64,000 bases of DNA. It comes from Candidatus Poribacteria bacterium (GTDB taxonomy: Bacteria > Poribacteria > WGA-4E > PCPOR2b). Location of the stretch: positions 608,001 through 672,000 of the forward strand of contig OZ242351.1 in the NCBI GenBank assembly GCA_965208675.1. The letters run 5' to 3'. Under the pieces are notes generated by a model. It saw only the letters and a program-made list of their open reading frames with translations. It was not told where the DNA came from and made no database searches. Positions 1-8,952 of this stretch are shown here, piece after piece (positions within the stretch are counted from its first letter, which is position 1; each line of letters begins with the position of its first letter). The position numbers and the translations under genes are program-made.

Positions 1-6
1 TCCGGC

Positions 7-609
7 ATGATTGAACTCGCAAGGGGAAACGCCATCGGGATCGGTTTATCTATTTTTCAAGCCTTGTTCAAAGTGGAGTATCGGACGTTTGGCGAGGCAT
101 TCCGTCCTACCATTTTTGACTACACCTATGATGCGGCTAAGGCAAATGTAGAAGACTTTCTAGGGAAGGATCCAAACACCCAAATTGACGGGCCAGGACG
201 CGGATTCTTCTCACTGCTAGCCTGGCGGCCGACTCCAATGGTACATCTGCTAGGCACATTTGAAGATTACAATACGACCGAGCCGAAGTTATACATCGGC
301 GTTACTGAATCTGGCCTGGTAGATAAGATGTCGTTCAGAGCGTTTTATGTCAAGCGTAACATCGGCGGACCGGATACGGGATACCCGGATGGCATCGGTA
401 GCAAAGACCCATTATTCTTCGAAGATCTGTTCCGTCTTGATGAAAAATCCGCGTTCACCGTGCGGATTGGGTATGAAGCGTATGCACCCATTGAGGTGGC
501 AGTTATCCGAGAGTTTCGGTTCCGGCAGGTGGAAAAACCGGATAAGAGTTTTGGCTTCGAGCCAATTCGGAAAACCACAGTCGAGGTAGGAGTGAATCTC
601 AAGTTCTAA
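7..609 (+). CDS. Hypothetical protein, probably the C-terminal part of a gene starting before the window; possible outer-membrane protein
   Basis: The frame is open from position 1. It ends in an alternating beta-strand with terminal Phe (VEVGVNLKF). Confidence 0.6.
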   Translation: MIELARGNAIGIGLSIFQALFKVEYRTFGEAFRPTIFDYTYDAAKANVEDFLGKDPNTQIDGPGRGFFSLLAWRPTPMVHLLGTFEDYNTTEPKLYIGVTESGLVDKMSFRAFYVKRNIGGPDTGYPDGIGSKDPLFFEDLFRLDEKSAFTVRIGYEAYAPIEVAVIREFRFRQVEKPDKSFGFEPIRKTTVEVGVNLKF

Positions 610-704
610 GCCGGAAGCGGGGGACAATTTGAAAGAAGGATTTACCCCTTATCAAAGTGCATTCATCGCTGCTGGAGAAATGGACCGAAACACAAATACG
701 CGTG

Positions 705-1442
705 ATGAATAGATGGTTAGAAAGCCTAATCACGTTTATCTACCCCGCAAAATGTCGATGCTGCGAAATGCCTATGGGCGTCGGTGGCGTCCACTACATC
801 TGCGACAGCTGTTGGGAAAAAATTGAGTTTCTGTCAACACCGTGGTGCGGAATCTGCGGTACACCGATCAACGCTAGTGCATCATATAATAACGATGTAT
901 GTGCAGATTGCCGAAAGCAGCCGCCGTGGTATGGCAAACGCCGTGCCATCGCATATTATGAACCCACTGTGCGTGGGGCTATCCATCTCTTTAAGTACGA
1001 AAAAAAGCGAATTCTGGCAAAACACCTGAATCAGTTAATTCAAGCGCATCTTCCCACGGATCTCTACGCCGCCGACTATGATTTTTTAATCCCAATCCCG
1101 CTTCATACTCGTCGGCAACGCGATAGAGGATTTAACCAATCTGAACAGATTGCCCAGAGTATTGCGGAGATCTGGCACGTGCCAGTCCGGATGGATATCC
1201 TTTTTCGCATTAAAGACACTGCGCCGCAAAGCAGCATGAATTCTCGCGAGGAACGTATTGAAAACATCGCTGACGCCTTTGAAGTCCGCTCGATAGAAAC
1301 CATTACCAATCAACGAATATTGCTAGTCGATGACATCTATACAACAGGTACAACCGTAGACGAAGCGTCAAGGGTTCTCCTGACCGGGAACCCTACTGAA
1401 GTCGATATATTGACGCTTGCCCGAACGAGACCGGCCAGATAA
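705..1442 (+). CDS. comF: ComF family protein (double zinc ribbon + PRTase domain)
   Basis: N-terminal CxxC pairs (CRCC, CDSC, CGIC, CADC), RGFNQS and LLVDDIYTTGTT. ATG 705 preferred over GTG 657. Confidence 0.9.
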   Translation: MNRWLESLITFIYPAKCRCCEMPMGVGGVHYICDSCWEKIEFLSTPWCGICGTPINASASYNNDVCADCRKQPPWYGKRRAIAYYEPTVRGAIHLFKYEKKRILAKHLNQLIQAHLPTDLYAADYDFLIPIPLHTRRQRDRGFNQSEQIAQSIAEIWHVPVRMDILFRIKDTAPQSSMNSREERIENIADAFEVRSIETITNQRILLVDDIYTTGTTVDEASRVLLTGNPTEVDILTLARTRPAR

Positions 1443-1461
1443 TAATTTTGGAGATTTCAAG

Positions 1462-2169
1462 ATGAAACTTCTAATCACTTCTGCAGCTTCTGATTTAGGT
1501 CAAACATTAGCGGCAACTTTCTCCAGTAAATATCAGGTTCGCTTGACAGACCTGGTTGATGTCGAAACCGATCTCGAGTTCGTCCGCAGCGATCTCGGTC
1601 ATGGTGAGGCGACTAACGAGCTAGTGCGGGGAATAGATACCATAATCCATCTAGCGGCGTTGCCCCCCGTCCTGCTTTCAGAATCATGCGATGCAGCAAA
1701 TTTGGAAATCGACTTTTTAACGCGGTGCACCTACAACTTGCTGTTAGCTTCCGCTGCCGAGAATGTATCGCATGTCATCTACGCGAGTACACTAGGCCTA
1801 ATGGAGCAGTATGATGAAGATTGGACTGTCACTGAATGCTGGCGTCCGCTGCCCACAACAGACGCTTGCACGCTCTCTAAGCACCTCGGCGAATTCGTGT
1901 GCCGCGAATTTGCCCGCGAAGGATTGATCAACATCACTTGTCTTAGATTAGGTGCACTAGTCACCGAAGCCAAAGTCTCAAACCAACCATTTGACGCGGC
2001 ATGGCTTGAACTGAAAGACGCAGTCCACGTATTTGAGTGTGCGCTAAACGCGCCTGCCGCAAAGTGGGAAATATTCCACGTCCAATCGGAATATCCAGAT
2101 TCACGCTTTTCCATCCTCAAGGCGAAGGATTCCCTAAAATTCAATCCGCAGTTTTCTTTTGAAAGGTGA
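1462..2169 (+). CDS. NAD-dependent epimerase/uronate dehydrogenase-like SDR with degenerate motifs
   Basis: Extended-SDR pattern (IIHLA, YASTL, LRLG), but TSAASDLG replaces GxxGxxG and CTLSK replaces YxxxK. Confidence 0.75.
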   Translation: MKLLITSAASDLGQTLAATFSSKYQVRLTDLVDVETDLEFVRSDLGHGEATNELVRGIDTIIHLAALPPVLLSESCDAANLEIDFLTRCTYNLLLASAAENVSHVIYASTLGLMEQYDEDWTVTECWRPLPTTDACTLSKHLGEFVCREFAREGLINITCLRLGALVTEAKVSNQPFDAAWLELKDAVHVFECALNAPAAKWEIFHVQSEYPDSRFSILKAKDSLKFNPQFSFER

Positions 2170-2172
2170 ACA

Positions 2173-2904
2173 ATGAAAGTACTGATTTTGGGCGGACACG
2201 GTTTTTTGGGCCCACATCTCGTGACGGCATTAGAGCCATATCATCATCTGCGCATCACAGATATCAAACCGATTGAGACCGAACATGAATCAATGCACGT
2301 TGACGTTGGATCGCTGGATGAAGTTTTGAAAGCTGCGGAGGGGATGGACGCTATCATCAACTGTTCGGTTTTGCGTGAGGATCGCCAACTCGCGTTTGAT
2401 GTGAACACACGCGGCTGCTACAACACCATGTGCGCCGCAGTAAAACACGGAATTCAGAGAGTGATTAACACCGGTCCGCATTTTACGATCCAAGGAAGTT
2501 CTTACACGGACTTCGACTACGAAATCAATCCGGATGTGCCTCCGCATCCGGGCACACTCCTTTATGCAATCTCAAAAGGACTCGGGCAGGAAATTTGTAA
2601 AGTTTTCACGGAGAATCATGACATTTATGTGCTCTGTTTTCTCTTTCTAGCGTTCCATTCCCATGATGTTGTGGGTGAAGGCACAGATATCAATTCGTTC
2701 TCTGTCTCGTGGCGAGATGCGGCAGAGGTATTCAGGTTGGGATTGGAGATTGACCTTGCCGAGCTTCCGTCGCGGTGCGAGGTTTTTAATATCTTTTCCA
2801 ATCTTCCGCATCGGCAATTCTCTAACGACAAAGCAAAACGGATTCTCGGTTTCAACCCGCAAGACAACTTTGAAAAGAGGTGGCAAAAAAAGCGGGAATC
2901 GTAA
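2173..2904 (+). CDS. NAD-dependent epimerase/dehydratase (uronate dehydrogenase-like SDR)
   Basis: GGHGFLG, YAISK catalytic motif, KAKRILGFNP C-terminus. Confidence 0.85.
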   Translation: MKVLILGGHGFLGPHLVTALEPYHHLRITDIKPIETEHESMHVDVGSLDEVLKAAEGMDAIINCSVLREDRQLAFDVNTRGCYNTMCAAVKHGIQRVINTGPHFTIQGSSYTDFDYEINPDVPPHPGTLLYAISKGLGQEICKVFTENHDIYVLCFLFLAFHSHDVVGEGTDINSFSVSWRDAAEVFRLGLEIDLAELPSRCEVFNIFSNLPHRQFSNDKAKRILGFNPQDNFEKRWQKKRES

Positions 2905-3111
2905 CATCTGAAAATACGATTTTCACATCATCAGTTGATTTTCAACGGTTTTATCATCAAATAGCGTGTCTAGGTCAATTACCATTAAAATTAAGCCGAT
3001 TGGAATCGATACGATTATTAGGAAAGCCCTGAGAATAACCCTGAATACATCTTGAGTTTGTCGATGGGAACGACCACACTAACATAAAATCTTCCTATTC
3101 TACGCGGATTG

Positions 3112-3693
3112 TCATGGCCTTATTATCCGCTCTTTTCCATTTTTGCTTAATAGCCCGACTTCACCGTCGCCATATTCATTTATGATTAAGGCAGCTGCAG
3201 GTACCCCATCTTTACCTAAGACGGCTACAGCCCCGTTGCCATGTTGATTAACGCCTATGCCAGCTGCAACCTTACCATCGTTACCGTTGACCTCGACAAC
3301 CCCGTCACCATGTTCACCAACGCCCAAGGTAACTCTACGATTCCTATCGTTACCTAAGACACCTACAATCCCATCGCCATTTTCATCAACGCTTACCGCA
3401 ACTCTAGGCTTGCTATCGTAACCGTTGACGAGTACAGCACCGCTGCCAATGTGGTTAATGCCTATGAGCACTTTAACCGCATCATCCTTACCTAAGACGG
3501 CTACGGCCCCACCACCAGTTTCACCAGGACCTAACCACGCCTTTACTTCGCCGTTGACGTCGACTACCTTCAACTTTGTACACTCAATTTCCCCGAATTT
3601 ATCTTTTTGCGCATTGAGCGGCGAAATTATCATGCCTAATGCAACTAACGCACCGCCGATGGCGATGTAAGCGACTTTATGGATCGTATTCAT
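3112..3693 (-). CDS. Secreted or membrane-anchored protein with about six 23-aa Gly-rich beta repeats
   Basis: GGAGG RBS before ATG 3693, hydrophobic N-terminus, repeats of GxGxVxVxGxDG; the DNA repeat ttacctaagacggctac occurs at 3212 and 3488 (276 bp = 4x69). Confidence 0.8.
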   Translation of the reverse strand: MNTIHKVAYIAIGGALVALGMIISPLNAQKDKFGEIECTKLKVVDVNGEVKAWLGPGETGGGAVAVLGKDDAVKVLIGINHIGSGAVLVNGYDSKPRVAVSVDENGDGIVGVLGNDRNRRVTLGVGEHGDGVVEVNGNDGKVAAGIGVNQHGNGAVAVLGKDGVPAAALIINEYGDGEVGLLSKNGKERIIRP

Positions 3694-4064
3694 TGCGAAC
3701 CTCCGTAGTAAGTTGTATTTAAGATAAAATGGACGAGTTTTCATCGCGGATTGTTAATTCTTTTGCGAATCAACATGATGGTTAAACAGACGATGATTGG
3801 ATTGAGGCTTACGAGGGCGACGCCGACAGCACCGAGCAAGACACTAACAATGCCAATTCAACTCCGCGGCCCGGTACTTTTTGTACTCGTCAATATTAAC
3901 GCCGCAAAAATTGCTACCCACTATCGTAGTTGGGTTTGCCTGAGAGTAGGATCTTCGCAGGGTTGTAAGCGTCGTAAAGACAAAGGGACACAATGGTCCA
4001 GATTCAACTTAAAAGTATGACGGCGATGATGCCGCATAATATGCTCGTCAGCAACTGCACAATT

Positions 4065-4502
4065 CTATTCATATTTCAGATGGTGTGTCAATAAACGTAC
4101 TGACACTCCATCCTTATTTTTACTAAAATGAGAAATAAGCTCTACCATTTTGCCTATTATTTCAGCGGCAGATGTGGTCTTGCACACGCTTATGCGACAG
4201 TATTTCATCCTTTGCCAAGCATCAGGTGTTTCTTGGTGCTGTGGCGACATGTCAGACAAATACGAAAATTTGCCAGATTTGGCTTCGTTTACGAATAGGT
4301 CGCCATGGTTTTCAAATAATTCTTCGCACAACAGAGGTAACATCTCATTCCAATTATACACTTCAAAGGCCCGATCAAGTTCACGTTTGCTGTTGTTATA
4401 AGTAACACCTAGGGCTATTGGCTTGTATTCGCCAAGTTTAATTTCTTCCCTGCGTATGGTTAAGCTATTAATGTGTTTGCTTTTCTCCCCGGTTGTTTTC
4501 AT
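4065..4502 (-). CDS. Hypothetical AT-rich protein, weakly resembling SeqA-like domains found with restriction enzymes
   Basis: 145-aa ORF with AAGGT RBS; pattern KP...V.NW.EML..LCEEL...SA.EII..M.EL...F. Confidence 0.5.
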   Translation of the reverse strand: MKTTGEKSKHINSLTIRREEIKLGEYKPIALGVTYNNSKRELDRAFEVYNWNEMLPLLCEELFENHGDLFVNEAKSGKFSYLSDMSPQHQETPDAWQRMKYCRISVCKTTSAAEIIGKMVELISHFSKNKDGVSVRLLTHHLKYE

Positions 4503-4854
4503 GTTAACCTTCTTAAACTGATGTTGGTCGTGATTTAAGGTACTTCATGTCGCGGTCAATTTTGATGACGTTGTCAGCACCGCAGAAGAACTGTAGGTTG
4601 CCCTATGTATCCTGTCATCCTCTGGATTTGGGCAGGATGCTGTTTACGTGGAAGTGGCAGAACACAAAGTAAAAATTGCAGCCGTTGCGTTCGTCCTCCT
4701 ATAGCTCGTGGAGTTTGTATTTGAAGTCTCTCGATCTTACGATGTTCCCAGTTCAATTCGGGAGATTAGACCGATGGATTATCTCATAGATGCGGGTGCT
4801 CATGTCGGAGAGCAGGTTTGTGAACTCGCGTTAGGAGTGAATCTTATGCGCAAA

Positions 4855-5847
4855 TCACACTGGAAACAACAATTGCTGATCGAAGAAAACCTTGCTGACA
4901 GAACGATGTTGGTGAATCCTCAAGATGGCTTCAGCGACCAGCGGCGCGATCGAAAGCACCTTAATTTTTCCGTTTAATTGTTTTTCAGCGGGAACAGGAA
5001 TCGTATTGGTGACGACCACCTCTTGGATGCCGGGGTGACTTAGCCGTTCAATTGCAGAACCGACGAGTACGGGATGGGTAACGCTTATATATGAGGGATT
5101 AGCGCCCGCTTTGGATAGTGCTTCGACCTGTTTGTAAATCGTACCGCCAGTCGCAATTTCATCGTCAATAATTATGGGGGTTTTGCCCGCGACATCACCG
5201 ACGAGTTCAACGAACTCAACCTGCTGACCGCCCACGCCGCTGCGCCGTTTGTGCATTAAGGCCAACGGTAGTTCGAGCATATCCATGTACTTTTCTGCTA
5301 ACTTTGCGCGTCCAACGTCAGGGGAGGCAATAACTCCATTTTCGATATGCTTCTCTCTGAAATAGTTCACCAATGTTGCGACAGCAGTTAAATGATCCAT
5401 AGGAATATCGAAGAAACCTTGAATCTGCGATGCGTGTAGGTCCAGTGCCACGACACGATTCGCGCCGGCGGTGGTCAATAGATCTGCAACCAACTTTGCG
5501 CTAATCGGTTCCCGTCCAGTGGTTTTGTGGTCCTGGCGGGCGTAACCAAAGTACGGAATAACAGCGGTAATCTGTCTTGCAGATGCACGTTTCATTGCGT
5601 CGATGGTAAGGAGTAATTCCATCAAGTGGTCGTTAGCTGGTTCGCACGTTGGTTGAATGACATAAATATCCGTACCGCGAATACTTTCTTCAATTTGGAC
5701 GCTGGTCTCGCTGTTTGGGAATGGACGGATTGAAATCCTGCCAAGCTCAACGTCCAGAATGGCAGCGACCTCCTTTGAAAACTCCGGATTCGCACGCCCT
5801 GAGAATAATCTGAAATCGCTGCCAACCCTTTCCATTTTCATGGACAT
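4855..5847 (-). CDS. prs: Ribose-phosphate pyrophosphokinase
   Basis: PYFGYARQD, DLHASQIQGFF, IIDDEIATGGT. Confidence 0.97.
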   Translation of the reverse strand: MSMKMERVGSDFRLFSGRANPEFSKEVAAILDVELGRISIRPFPNSETSVQIEESIRGTDIYVIQPTCEPANDHLMELLLTIDAMKRASARQITAVIPYFGYARQDHKTTGREPISAKLVADLLTTAGANRVVALDLHASQIQGFFDIPMDHLTAVATLVNYFREKHIENGVIASPDVGRAKLAEKYMDMLELPLALMHKRRSGVGGQQVEFVELVGDVAGKTPIIIDDEIATGGTIYKQVEALSKAGANPSYISVTHPVLVGSAIERLSHPGIQEVVVTNTIPVPAEKQLNGKIKVLSIAPLVAEAILRIHQHRSVSKVFFDQQLLFPV

Positions 5848-5910
5848 ATTACTATAACCTCCGTGATTTTTTCGTGCTTATCGCATTGGAATGAGGCACA
5901 CACCCAATGC

Positions 5911-6429
5911 CTAACCAATGTTCATTCTATGCGGTAATCCCCACTGAAAAACAATTTCAGGCGGGAAAACACATGATTCAATTTCGGAAATCAGATTTTG
6001 TAGCATATTCCTTGCCTTCTCTGCTACATCGCCCCGTATCCAATTGTGCAAAATCGCGTTCTCAAATTCATCTTCATCATGAAGTTGATATCTTCCATCC
6101 GGCGAAACCCACAAATCCAAAAATAAATCTGTAATTTCGAAATGCGTTTTTGTTCGATTCATCGGCATAATTATGTCACAGTAATAGCCCGTGAGTTTAT
6201 TGTTAAGATCATAAATCTTGCCAATGTCATACCATCGGTTGGCGAAGACAAACCAAATGGCGGTAAAGTTATCCCCAAGCACAGTTACTCCGTCAATCAC
6301 GATTGGCTTTGAAGGCTTGACCTGCTGAAGGGTTACGATTAAGTCCTTGTCTTCATAAAGCAAGTCCTGTTGAAAATGGCTAACGCGATCCGGTAAACGT
6401 CTGTAGATTAGTTCGATAGTCTGCGTCAT
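5911..6429 (-). CDS. DUF402 family protein (FomD/Ntdp-like)
   Basis: GYYCDI...DLFLDLWV.PDG...DEDEF motif. Confidence 0.85.
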   Translation of the reverse strand: MTQTIELIYRRLPDRVSHFQQDLLYEDKDLIVTLQQVKPSKPIVIDGVTVLGDNFTAIWFVFANRWYDIGKIYDLNNKLTGYYCDIIMPMNRTKTHFEITDLFLDLWVSPDGRYQLHDEDEFENAILHNWIRGDVAEKARNMLQNLISEIESCVFPPEIVFQWGLPHRMNIG

Positions 6430-7047
6430 TTAAACTGTTGTTGCTCTCACGGCGTCAATAAATGCCTTGATTTTGGCAGGATCTTTACGGCCCGGGCTTA
6501 TTTCAACGCCGCTGCTGACATCAACACCATACGGACGCACCTGCAGAATCGCTGACGCAATGTTTTCGGGATTTAGCCCCCCAGCCAAAATGATTCGACC
6601 ATATTGTCTTGCCTTTACTGCTAGGTTCCAATCGAAAACTCTACCTGTGCCGCCCATTGCCCCTCTGACATAAGCATCCAATAAATACGCGCTGACGCGA
6701 AAATCGCCCAAACGAGACAGGTTCGATTCGTCTTTAACACGGAATGCTTTGACAACTTTTCGTTTCAATGATAAGCATAATTCCGGCGGCTCTTCACCGT
6801 GTAATTGTATCGCATCTAAAGAACAGTCGTTTGCAACCTTATTAATTTCGCTCAGTTCGGCGTTAACGAACAGTCCGACGGTTGTAATGAAGGGAGGTAA
6901 ATCTTCGATAATTTTTGCGGCTTCATCGGGATGGAGATATCGGGGTGTGTTTGGGACAAAAATAAAACCGAGCGCATCTGCACCTGCCTCCACCGCAATC
7001 AATGCATCGACAAGGTTCGTTATTCCACATATTTTGATGCGAGTCAA
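6430..7047 (-). CDS. trpF: Phosphoribosylanthranilate isomerase
   Basis: IKICGIT, QLHGEE, GGTG, LAGGLNPEN, VDVSSGVE. Confidence 0.97.
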   Translation of the reverse strand: MTRIKICGITNLVDALIAVEAGADALGFIFVPNTPRYLHPDEAAKIIEDLPPFITTVGLFVNAELSEINKVANDCSLDAIQLHGEEPPELCLSLKRKVVKAFRVKDESNLSRLGDFRVSAYLLDAYVRGAMGGTGRVFDWNLAVKARQYGRIILAGGLNPENIASAILQVRPYGVDVSSGVEISPGRKDPAKIKAFIDAVRATTV

Positions 7048-7254
7048 CGTGCAATCCTCGGTTCTTATCGGTTTTCCTTTGTAATCTTATTGTAACAAAT
7101 TGTCAAAGTATAGATCAAGCCATAAGTCATTCAAAGATTCAAACTTTCATTTAAAAAAATCTGACATTTTTCTCGTTTGAATTGACTCCCCATTTCTAAA
7201 CTCGTTAAAATTCTCAAGCTCATCTCAGTTGAATCTAACTAAATAAACTGTCAA

Positions 7255-8040
7255 CTACGAATGCGTTGAATTCGTTGTACCCTTTCTATGTTCAAAGTGT
7301 GTTTGTAGAGCGACGCTGCTAGACAAGATATGTTGAGTCATTGCTTGCTGTGCCTCTTCAGCATCCCTTTTCTGGAGCGTTAGGAGAATTTTCTGGTGCT
7401 CTCGAACCGACAAAATTGCGCGTCTTTCCGCTTTAGGTATTGGGGGTTCGGCTAGACTCCCTTTAATCCACGTTTGCAGGTAATTGCGTGTCATGTTTAA
7501 TAGGTTATAAAGTATCGAATTTTGTGTGGCTTGAGCAACCGTAAGGTGGAACTGCACATCGAATTCTAAATATTTCTCGGGCTGCTGAATTGATGCTTCC
7601 ATTCCCTTAAGCGTTCGCTCGATTTCGTCTATGTTCTCGGACGAAGCCCTTTGTGCAGCTAGAAATGCGGTTTGGGATTCCAACATCAGCCGAGTTTCAA
7701 TCAAATCTTGGATTTTTTTTCGGTCGAGCAACAAACTCCACTGCAGGGCTTTTTCTAAATACCGCTCGTTGTCGTTGGAGACAAAAGTGCCGTCACCCAC
7801 TCGCCCGTCTAGTATTCCCATTACGGTAAGAGAACGCAGCGCTTCTCTTAACGAACTGCGTCCTACACCAAATTGTCTACATAGCTCACGTTCAGAGGGA
7901 AGCCGTTCTCCGGGTTTAAGCACATCTCTCGAAATCAGGTCGACAATTTGAGATACAATTTCATCGCTCAGAGACGTACGCGCAATAGGACGCATCTCTT
8001 CCATGGCTGAGTTGATCGTGTTATGGTGTCTCATAGTCAT
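7255..8040 (-). CDS. GntR/FadR-family transcriptional regulator (FCD domain), divergent from the methyl-transfer operon
   Basis: LKPGERLPSERELCRQFGVGRSSLREAL wHTH; FH...EH...H FCD residues. Confidence 0.95.
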   Translation of the reverse strand: MTMRHHNTINSAMEEMRPIARTSLSDEIVSQIVDLISRDVLKPGERLPSERELCRQFGVGRSSLREALRSLTVMGILDGRVGDGTFVSNDNERYLEKALQWSLLLDRKKIQDLIETRLMLESQTAFLAAQRASSENIDEIERTLKGMEASIQQPEKYLEFDVQFHLTVAQATQNSILYNLLNMTRNYLQTWIKGSLAEPPIPKAERRAILSVREHQKILLTLQKRDAEEAQQAMTQHILSSSVALQTHFEHRKGTTNSTHS

Positions 8041-8121
8041 CCACGCTGCCTCGTGTTTTCCATTTCACAATTCAATAATACCGTGCATGCAACCATAGTC
8101 AAATTGCACGAAAAAATTTTC

Positions 8122-8150
8122 TTTACAATTCTATGATTTTGCGATAAAAT
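8122..8150 (+). promoter_or_regulatory. Sigma70-type promoter of the methyl-transfer operon
   Basis: TTTACA (8122-8127), 17 bp spacer, TAAAAT (8145-8150). Confidence 0.6.
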
Positions 8151-8156
8151 TACTAA

Positions 8157-8167
8157 AGGTCAGACCA
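8157..8167. promoter_or_regulatory. FadR-subfamily operator
   Basis: Palindrome aGGTC-A-GACCa matches the FadR/PdhR/LldR-type TGGT-N3-ACCA box and sits over the predicted +1. Confidence 0.65.
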
Positions 8168-8267
8168 TCAGTTATTATGCTTCTAACTTTCTCTGTTGTC
8201 AAGTAAATTACATTGTGAACGAACAGCCGAGAATGCGATTAATTCATTACCCGAGAGGATTTAAATT

Positions 8268-8903
8268 ATGGGTGAGACGATCGATATTGGAAGGCGGATT
8301 GAATTGGTTCCGATGGATTCCCATTTTCAAGACATTACTATTGGCTTGTACAGCCAGGAACAGGATGAGGGTCCCGCTTTTTTGGTTCATACGTATAGTC
8401 GCCTTGACGGCACCGAGCAGCGCATTGCATTTGTGCGAAGGGCGATGAAAATTTTGGGAGGCATGGAATTTACTCCCGATGGGTTGCTACGGTTTACTTG
8501 TAAGACAAAACATGAACTTGCTTGTAAACGCATTTTTCTGGAAGCCTGCAAGCTCGACCCAGCTAAGCAGATCGAACCGCGCCCTCTAAATACTCTCGAC
8601 AGGAAGTCCGGTTTTACTATCACAGTCCTCAGTCTCGGAAACGGGGTTTATCAAATCACGGCCGACGGCGAGGGGCGCCACAGAGAAAAGCGCATTTCGG
8701 CTATAGGCGGAGGTTTAATTAAACTCGGGCAGATGGATGAAACAGGTGAAGATGCAGATCGAGTGGCTTTTTCTTGTGGACACGTCCACGATGCCATGGT
8801 TGGACTATTACTGGTTCGTGCGCCGAATGTACGCGCCGTAATGCGGGAACAGCAGGCGGTTACATCACGAGGGACGCTGTCAGCACCCAGCCAACAGGAA
8901 TAG
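8268..8903 (+). CDS. Uncharacterised protein with internal duplication, each half carrying LGxM...FxCxxxH
   Basis: RI...LGGM...RFTCKTKH versus RI...LGQM...AFSCGHVH; GAGGA RBS. Confidence 0.85.
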   Translation: MGETIDIGRRIELVPMDSHFQDITIGLYSQEQDEGPAFLVHTYSRLDGTEQRIAFVRRAMKILGGMEFTPDGLLRFTCKTKHELACKRIFLEACKLDPAKQIEPRPLNTLDRKSGFTITVLSLGNGVYQITADGEGRHREKRISAIGGGLIKLGQMDETGEDADRVAFSCGHVHDAMVGLLLVRAPNVRAVMREQQAVTSRGTLSAPSQQE

Positions 8904-8952
8904 TCTGAACGCAAGTAATGACTGGTCCTTTTTACGTTAGGAGAAAAACGAG

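Noticed and set aside
8040-8268. Cobalamin or SAM riboswitch ahead of the B12 operon
   Set aside because: The region is short and AT-rich, with no B12-box or SAM-I core visible.
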